A stretch of 11,961 bases of DNA from the NCBI GenBank assembly GCA_964525635.1, contig CAZGJX010000116.1, positions 1 through 11,961 on the forward strand. Direction: 5' to 3'. The stretch's first letter is position 1; each line of letters opens with the position of its first letter. Both the position numbers and the translations under genes were made by a program. Shown piece after piece: positions 6,652 to 11,961 of the stretch. The notes under the pieces were generated by a model. That model did no database searches. It was not told the origin of the DNA and saw only the letters and a list, made by a program, of their open reading frames with translations. This DNA comes from an uncultured archaeon. GTDB lineage: Archaea; Asgardarchaeota; Lokiarchaeia; Sigyniarchaeales; SOKP01.

Positions 6652-8698
6652 ACATTTTAATTTTTGATATTCCATTAGGCAACATCAAAATTATATCATC
6701 TAAAGATAATATATTTATCCATTTTCTTAACTCTTTATCACTCTTCTCTATAAAATACTTTTTAATTTTTTTTGCTAATATTCCTTTTGAAAATCCAGAT
6801 CGTGAGGGTGATATTACTAAGTAATTATTAGTTTGGACTTTAACTGCAGTTAATGGTCCGCTTATAATTTTTGGATAATAAATTATATTGTAGTTTATAT
6901 TATTTGAATCCATTTCTATATAAATTAATCCTATTGCAAGTTCAGTTTTAGCATTTTTAAAAAAATTCTTTTTTCCTTCAATCATAAAGGATCCTTTTGG
7001 TAAAAATTCACCAGAGGGAGGTGATTTAGAAACTTGATCTGGATTAACATAAAAAATATCTGCATATTCCCAACTTTCTTTCCATGCTTGAGAATAACTT
7101 ACAACAAAATCAGAAGCTTCTTTGATTGTTTCATCAGATATAATCTTGTTATCTGGATTTTTTATAATAACTAATGGAGACCCTGGAAAAGTAGTATGTA
7201 ATATTAAATCATTAGATTCAATATATTTTTTAAATATAGTTTCATTTGATGATGCATCTCTACCACCGATTACAAGAAAACCTTTAGATGATAGAAACCA
7301 TCTAAATTTCTCATACCATTTTTTTTCTGGTTTTTTAACTAAAAAATCAATATCTTCTTCAATGAATTCTATTTCTTTCTCCAATTTTTTTATTTTTGAC
7401 TTTGTTTTCTCCAATGCCTCTTTTGTTCCCTTAATTTTTTTCTTCATTTTTTTTGCTTTTTGATATATTAAATTTGCATTTTCTCCAACTGTTTTATTAC
7501 TATCCAAATAAATCTCTTCTTCTATATGTTTTAAAACGATTTCTTTAGTGGAGGGTATAATTTTATCAAAAAAATTGATCCCTTCCATATTTTTTTCTTT
7601 AGCTTGAAGTAATTTATTATTTATTTCATCCCAAGTATATTTTTTCGCTCGAGCTTCTTTTATTACTTCTAGTAATCTTTCTAATGATTGAAAATTAGAG
7701 TAAATGAATTCTCCTTTATTGTAATATTTTGTACTTTTAAATTCGAGTTGATCAAGATAATCAAGTTGATTTTTTAATATCTTTTTTTGAGATTTTAATT
7801 TACTTTCTATTTTCCTATCAGATCCTTTTATTATATTCTTTGAATCTATATTAGAAAAATAAAGATCAACACCTTCATTAAATGTTGAGAAATACTTTTT
7901 TGTATTATTCTCAAAAATTCTCAATTCAAAAGGAAGCACTGAAAACTCTGAATTATTCTCATCATAAACAATATGAGCATTTATATCCGAAAACAATAGT
8001 TGATTTCTCAAATCTTTAAAAGCTTTAAATAAATCATCAATTTTTTCATTTACAATTTTATTTCCTAATAGATCTTTTTTAATATTTGCTCTAAGGCAAA
8101 TTTCTTCGCTATAGATCCCCGAGACACTAATATTTTTAGCTAAAATCTTTACTATTTGATTTTCTTTATTAATAATGTCAACAAATTCTGCACGATTTAT
8201 TTCTAAAAAGCACTTACCAAAAGAAGTGGGAAATTTATACTCTCTATTTGCTAGAACATCTCTCTCTCTTAATTTTACATATCGTTTAGCAACTTTTATC
8301 GTATTACTTCCATCTACTATAATATAATTTCCTTTATTAAATAGCTCTATAATAAATTTCCATGGTTTATTTTCTCTGTCATCTAATTCGAAGATTACAA
8401 TTCGGTCAAAATTATATTGATAAATTTTTATAATCTTTCGATTTTTTAAGAATTTTCTTAAAGAAATAATATATTGACTTGGATATTTTGGTACGGGATA
8501 ATTATATTCTGTTAGATTAATTCTAGCGTCTCTCTTGATTATAAGATTTTTATTACCTTGAATTGTTTTAATTTTTATGATGATAAGATCTTCAACTTCA
8601 TAAATGTTTGATATTCTTCCTTCTGTTAAGATTTGATCTAATTCTCTAACTATTGCAAATACATCTATGTTTGAAAAATAAGTTTTAATTTTTATCAA
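6644..8698 (-). CDS. rqcH: ribosome quality control protein RqcH / aRqc2 (NFACT family, NEMF homolog)
   Basis: NFACT-N (LRKFL, NFDRIVIF, IIELFNKGNYI), GIYSEEICLRA HhH region, coiled coils, ENANLIYQKAKKMKKK, and NFACT-R (WYEKFRWF, VIGGRDASSNE, QVSKSPPSGEFLPKGSFMIEGKKN). TTG start. Confidence 0.95.
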   Translation of the reverse strand: MIKIKTYFSNIDVFAIVRELDQILTEGRISNIYEVEDLIIIKIKTIQGNKNLIIKRDARINLTEYNYPVPKYPSQYIISLRKFLKNRKIIKIYQYNFDRIVIFELDDRENKPWKFIIELFNKGNYIIVDGSNTIKVAKRYVKLRERDVLANREYKFPTSFGKCFLEINRAEFVDIINKENQIVKILAKNISVSGIYSEEICLRANIKKDLLGNKIVNEKIDDLFKAFKDLRNQLLFSDINAHIVYDENNSEFSVLPFELRIFENNTKKYFSTFNEGVDLYFSNIDSKNIIKGSDRKIESKLKSQKKILKNQLDYLDQLEFKSTKYYNKGEFIYSNFQSLERLLEVIKEARAKKYTWDEINNKLLQAKEKNMEGINFFDKIIPSTKEIVLKHIEEEIYLDSNKTVGENANLIYQKAKKMKKKIKGTKEALEKTKSKIKKLEKEIEFIEEDIDFLVKKPEKKWYEKFRWFLSSKGFLVIGGRDASSNETIFKKYIESNDLILHTTFPGSPLVIIKNPDNKIISDETIKEASDFVVSYSQAWKESWEYADIFYVNPDQVSKSPPSGEFLPKGSFMIEGKKNFFKNAKTELAIGLIYIEMDSNNINYNIIYYPKIISGPLTAVKVQTNNYLVISPSRSGFSKGILAKKIKKYFIEKSDKELRKWINILSLDDIILMLPNGISKIKMFS

Positions 8699-9041
8699 CC
8701 TAAGGGGAAATTAATAATGAGATTTTTATTGAGAAATTATTAAATCTATTTAATATTAGGAATATAAATTGTATAAACTTATATATTTAAACCTATGAAA
8801 ATCTCGAAATAAAGGATATATATAAGAAATTATATCAAATTAAAAGAATTATACAGAATAGAATATTATAAATCAATTATAAAACCAATCTAATCGGGGG
8901 AACCCAAGTTATTTTTCTATTAATAAAAAGAGATCAATAAAAAAATTAAATAATCTATAAGATTTTTAATAAATAATAATATTAATTTTCATATATTTGG
9001 AAATTCCGAATTTAGATAAATAAAAAAAAAGAATCATAATC
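8699..9041. promoter_or_regulatory. divergent promoter region between rqcH and the OPTI/EMC6-like gene
   Basis: 343 bp, very AT-rich and non-coding in the ORF track, between head-to-head genes. It has several TATA-like boxes that cannot be assigned individually. Confidence 0.5.
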
Positions 9042-9461
9042 ATGGTAAAGAAAAATCGTCCAAAAAAAATAGATATACGTAAAAAAAGAAAAAAGTTAAT
9101 CAAATTACGACATGAAAAATTAGAAGATGAAACTAGGGAAAAAAAAGGAAAAGAGAAGAAAATTGATATTAGAATAGCAAGAGAAACAAAAATGTATTGG
9201 GCTAGAGCAGTAACGGGTGCTTTAGGTGGTTTTATTGCTAGAGTAATATTTCAATTAATTGGATGGTGGATCTTTCTTTGGTTGATTGTTTTTTGGTTCT
9301 TATTTCCCTTTTTTGTTAGTTTTGTAATTTTCAAATTTGAATATGATAAAGAAGAGTGGAATTGGAAAAAAATAATAACTCCTGGTCTTAGTATTTATTT
9401 TTTCCTTTTTATGTTAGTTTCAGTTTTCACCAATACTTTAATAATATTATATTTTAAATGA
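9042..9461 (+). CDS. 3-TM Rab5ip/OPTI (RAB5IF)/EMC6-family membrane protein with basic N-terminal tail
   Basis: YWARAVTGALGGFIA..QLIGW, an acidic loop EYDKEEWNW, then GLSIYFFLFMLVSVFTNTL. This parallels the OPTI/EMC6 pattern as I recall it: YW.R.....G.....L.G, a cytosolic loop, then G....F.LFM..W...Y. Confidence 0.7.
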   Translation: MVKKNRPKKIDIRKKRKKLIKLRHEKLEDETREKKGKEKKIDIRIARETKMYWARAVTGALGGFIARVIFQLIGWWIFLWLIVFWFLFPFFVSFVIFKFEYDKEEWNWKKIITPGLSIYFFLFMLVSVFTNTLIILYFK

Positions 9462-9502
9462 GTTTTATTTTAAGTAATATTAGCTTATTTTCTCTTTTTT
9501 TT

Positions 9503-9535
9503 CTTAATTGTTGATCCCCACTCACTCGACAAAAT
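9503..9535. repeat. terminal inverted repeat (transposase 3' end)
   Basis: CTTAATTGTTGATCCCCACTCACTCGACAAAAT; it contains the transposase TGA stop (9522-9524). Confidence 0.95.
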
Positions 9536-11189
9536 CATTTAGATCCCCCTCTAATTGTTTTAAATTTTCTTCAAAACCTGCAATATTTCCCGTATTATCC
9601 TCTCTGATTCTCCATGTACGCTTGATGGTCGCATATTGTGCATAAAATTCTCTTCTATTAGCTTCAATGAGAGGGATTTCCGATGCTAATAACACGTCTG
9701 ATACTTTTTTCTTCGAGAAATCAATATCCAGAAGTTGTACGTGTAGTGCTCCGTGATTTAGAAAGGTATTTGAAATATTATCGCGCCCTAATAATGCTTT
9801 AAAATGATGTTTACTCCTGTGAAAGAGTTGTTCCTTGGCATTATTCGTGAATTCTAGTTCTTCCATGTCATAAGCAACAAATAAACCAGTTTTATAAGAA
9901 TTAAATAGCCGTATCCATTGTTGCCAGGCTTCCTCACAACTCATCTTGGATGAGGATTGTTGCCACTTAATTTGCACAGGATTGGATTCGAGATCTCTTC
10001 GTTTTAAACGCTTTTGAAGTTTGTAAATCCATTGATTTAAAAGCTTCCTTACATGGGACGCTTTATTCTTCCTTTTGGACAAGATATCACGGAGCTGTTG
10101 AAATTCAGGAATTAATGTAACGATTTCTTCTTTTAATGAATGGTTAGACTCAAGTAATTTCCGCAAAGCATCAAGAAGAGAATTTAGAGTGTGAGTAATT
10201 TTTAACGGCAAGGATAGATTGTTAAAACGTTCTAATTGATTACAAACGTGCTCTAAATTTAGATAAGTCTCAAGTCCAGGAAAGACGTTAAAATTGTCAC
10301 CTCGACTGGCAATAGCACATCGCAATTCTTCACTAATGGGCTCAAATAACTTGTACAAGGGATTATCTTCAGCATGTTTTTGATTCTGAATGATTGAAAG
10401 CTTCGAGACGGCTTTTCGAAGATTTTTTTTCAAGGAAGAATCTTTAGCAACAATTGGCCCTGAAACATGTTTTAAGAAATGATATTGGCAAAAAGCGTGA
10501 GGTATATCCGGTTTAAACTGCTTGACAGCATTTACGATATTATTTTGCTTATCTGATATCACTGCTATGATTGGAACGCCATAGAGGGTTTCAACTTCTT
10601 TGAGTAGTTTTTCTAACACGTTAGAGGGAGCAGTATCAAGGTTTTTAGCGAGAAGGACGTTCCCCGTGAGATGATCCGAAAACACCCAAAGTGATGGTTC
10701 TTTCTTAACAGGTTGGGCTCCATCGAGCGAAAGCACGATCCTCCCATTATTTTTGATCTCTTGTAATATTTTCTCATCCATGTATTGCTTACCCGCCATT
10801 TCAAAGAATTGGCAAATACTTCTTATCGTACTCCTTGAAATAGAGACTTCCCAATCATCCCACATGAGTTCTGCTATGGTAGAATAATTAAGATGATGCT
10901 TGAAATGATGCTGAATGATTTTAGCCCACGCATCTAAAGAAAATCGCTTCCTTCGCATAGCTGAACTATATGCCACGGGAAAGGCATCATGCATCTCGCA
11001 TTTAGAGTTAGTACAACTATCATAATTCGTTACTACCCACAGAGCACCTTTTAACGTGAAAACCTTCCTTCCTCCATTATTATATTCATGTCTAAGTGGT
11101 GAAGAACACAATGGACATTGGAATTCGTTCCGAGAATGCCAATAAGTGTGATTAGTGGCTTTCTCAATATCAGAAGGCTTAGCAGGCAT
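9522..11189 (-). CDS. DDE transposase with N-terminal zinc ribbon and HTH
   Basis: CPLC...CTNSKC Zn ribbon and an HTH (YSTIAELM...SISRSTIRSI). Putative catalytic residues are in LSLDGAQP (D1), VISDKQ (D2), CQYH (CxxH) and TNNAKEQLF (E). ATG 11189 (MPAKPSD, 555 aa) is preferred over the track's TTG 11243. Confidence 0.92.
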   Translation of the reverse strand: MPAKPSDIEKATNHTYWHSRNEFQCPLCSSPLRHEYNNGGRKVFTLKGALWVVTNYDSCTNSKCEMHDAFPVAYSSAMRRKRFSLDAWAKIIQHHFKHHLNYSTIAELMWDDWEVSISRSTIRSICQFFEMAGKQYMDEKILQEIKNNGRIVLSLDGAQPVKKEPSLWVFSDHLTGNVLLAKNLDTAPSNVLEKLLKEVETLYGVPIIAVISDKQNNIVNAVKQFKPDIPHAFCQYHFLKHVSGPIVAKDSSLKKNLRKAVSKLSIIQNQKHAEDNPLYKLFEPISEELRCAIASRGDNFNVFPGLETYLNLEHVCNQLERFNNLSLPLKITHTLNSLLDALRKLLESNHSLKEEIVTLIPEFQQLRDILSKRKNKASHVRKLLNQWIYKLQKRLKRRDLESNPVQIKWQQSSSKMSCEEAWQQWIRLFNSYKTGLFVAYDMEELEFTNNAKEQLFHRSKHHFKALLGRDNISNTFLNHGALHVQLLDIDFSKKKVSDVLLASEIPLIEANRREFYAQYATIKRTWRIREDNTGNIAGFEENLKQLEGDLNDFVE

Positions 11190-11213
11190 TAATAATAATA
11201 AGGATACCACGAA

Positions 11214-11231
11214 GATAAATATTTCTATTTC
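11214..11231 (-). promoter_or_regulatory. putative BRE/TATA promoter of the transposase
   Basis: Minus strand GAAATAGAAATATTTATC, with the TATA-like part about 26-33 nt upstream of ATG 11189. The spacing fits a leaderless or short-leader archaeal transcript. Confidence 0.4.
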
Positions 11232-11249
11232 AAGGAAAAGCAATTCTCT

Positions 11250-11282
11250 ATTTTGTCGGGTGAGTGTAGATCAACAATTAAG
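11250..11282. repeat. terminal inverted repeat (transposase 5' end)
   Basis: The reverse complement CTTAATTGTTGATCTACACTCACCCGACAAAAT differs from the other TIR only at positions 15, 16 and 24. Confidence 0.95.
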
Positions 11283-11331
11283 TTTTTTTTTAGAAATAAT
11301 CTTATTTAATTTAATCTACTACTTAATAGGT

Positions 11332-11838
11332 TTATAATTGAATTGTTTGCTTTATTTTTTTCTCTTTTATTTCCTTTTTAGTGAAGATAATCTCATCCAA
11401 CTTATAAATACGATCACAGTAAACACATTGAATTTTTAAGGGCTTTTCTTCTAATACAGAAAACTCAGTGAAAATGGGTTCTTTTTTAGAATTAGTTATA
11501 CATGTATTGTTTTTACATTCAATTAATTTAATAATTTTTTCGGGTAAATTTACTCTTTTCTTTTCAATAACCATAAAATTTTCAATTAAAGATATTGTCG
11601 CATTTGGAGATAAAATAGATATCATCTGCATCTGAACTTTATCTAAAAATACATTTTCAATTTTTATAATATCTTTCTTATTATATTTATTTGAGGACAC
11701 GTTTACACCTATAGTTATTAAATTTGGTGCTTCATCTAGACCTGTTAAATTTAAAATAGTTAAAGCATATCCTGCATCTATATGGTCAATAACAGTTCCT
11801 TTTTGAATTCTATCTATTCTTAAATTAGTTTGAGACAT
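11332..11838 (-). CDS. pyrI: aspartate carbamoyltransferase regulatory chain
   Basis: RIQKGTVIDHIDAG, GVNVSS..KKDIIKIEN, SPNATISLI, and Zn ligands CKNNTC and CVYC. Confidence 0.97.
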   Translation of the reverse strand: MSQTNLRIDRIQKGTVIDHIDAGYALTILNLTGLDEAPNLITIGVNVSSNKYNKKDIIKIENVFLDKVQMQMISILSPNATISLIENFMVIEKKRVNLPEKIIKLIECKNNTCITNSKKEPIFTEFSVLEEKPLKIQCVYCDRIYKLDEIIFTKKEIKEKKIKQTIQL

Positions 11839-11862
11839 TCTATGATTAAAATAGTTTTTCTG

Positions 11863-11870
11863 ATATATAA
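11863..11870 (-). promoter_or_regulatory. putative TATA box of pyrI
   Basis: Minus strand TTATATAT, 25-32 nt upstream of ATG 11838. Confidence 0.4.
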
Positions 11871-11961
11871 TTCAATTTATTTGAATAATTAATAAATTAA
11901 TATAGATCTTAAGTTTACAAGTTAACAAAATTTTTTAATTTTTTTGAAAAAGTTATCCATT

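Larger units (their letters stand above)
9503..11282 (-). mobile_element. insertion sequence, 1780 bp, DDE transposase with CxxH (IS256/Mutator-like or unclassified ISNCY group)
   Basis: 33-bp terminal inverted repeats with 30/33 identity, a single transposase ORF and T8 on both flanks. GC is visibly higher than the host: 29/60 in 10681-10740 versus 6/60 in 3661-3720 (hand-picked lines). Confidence 0.93.

Noticed and set aside
7122-7463. 113-aa hydrophobic plus-strand ORF
   Set aside because: Antisense to rqcH; its Phe-richness simply mirrors Lys/Glu codons.
8890-8908. Small GC-rich patch (TCGGGGGAACCC) in the rqcH intergenic region as a possible ncRNA
   Set aside because: Too short, with no extended stem, tRNA or C/D-box features.
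10613-10804. 63-aa alternative-frame ORF inside the transposase
   Set aside because: The transposase is complete in one frame, and I saw no motif or frameshift requirement.
11190-11243. Hydrophobic, signal-like 18-aa N-terminal extension of the transposase
   Set aside because: It arises from a TTG next to the TIR and covers the probable promoter; ATG 11189 is the better start.
11155-11337. 60-aa plus-strand ORF
   Set aside because: It crosses the TIR and insertion junction, antisense to the transposase; a chance ORF.
1-11961. CRISPR arrays, tRNA/rRNA genes, defence or viral genes
   Set aside because: I saw no regularly spaced repeats, no structured GC-rich RNA-like segments and no recognisable motifs.

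Overview
Very AT-rich archaeal chromosomal window. The gene set (eL15, Rpp30, Pop5, archaeal RqcH/NFACT, DUF2095, PyrI, an OPTI/EMC6-like membrane protein) and the base composition suggest an Asgard archaeon, probably Lokiarchaeia-like; this is inference, not tested. Left to right: DUF2095 (-) divergent from a short SerA-type 2-hydroxyacid dehydrogenase (+); rpl15e, rnp3 and rnp2, the start of the conserved archaeal exosome/proteasome superoperon, here followed by two orphan ORFs instead of psmA; a tightly packed cluster of a membrane-anchored DOMON/CBM9-like protein, a 4-TM protein and a glycerophosphodiester phosphodiesterase; rqcH (-) head-to-head with a 3-TM Rab5ip/OPTI/EMC6-like gene (+); an intact 1780-bp insertion sequence (33-bp TIRs, DDE transposase with CxxH) inserted in a poly-T tract; and a stand-alone pyrI (-). 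I saw no rRNA, tRNA or CRISPR array. I found no unambiguous new multi-gene system. The best leads are the OPTI-like/rqcH pair, the IS element, the orphan ORFs after the RNase P genes and the membrane/GDPD cluster. All family calls come from motif recognition by eye, not database searches.
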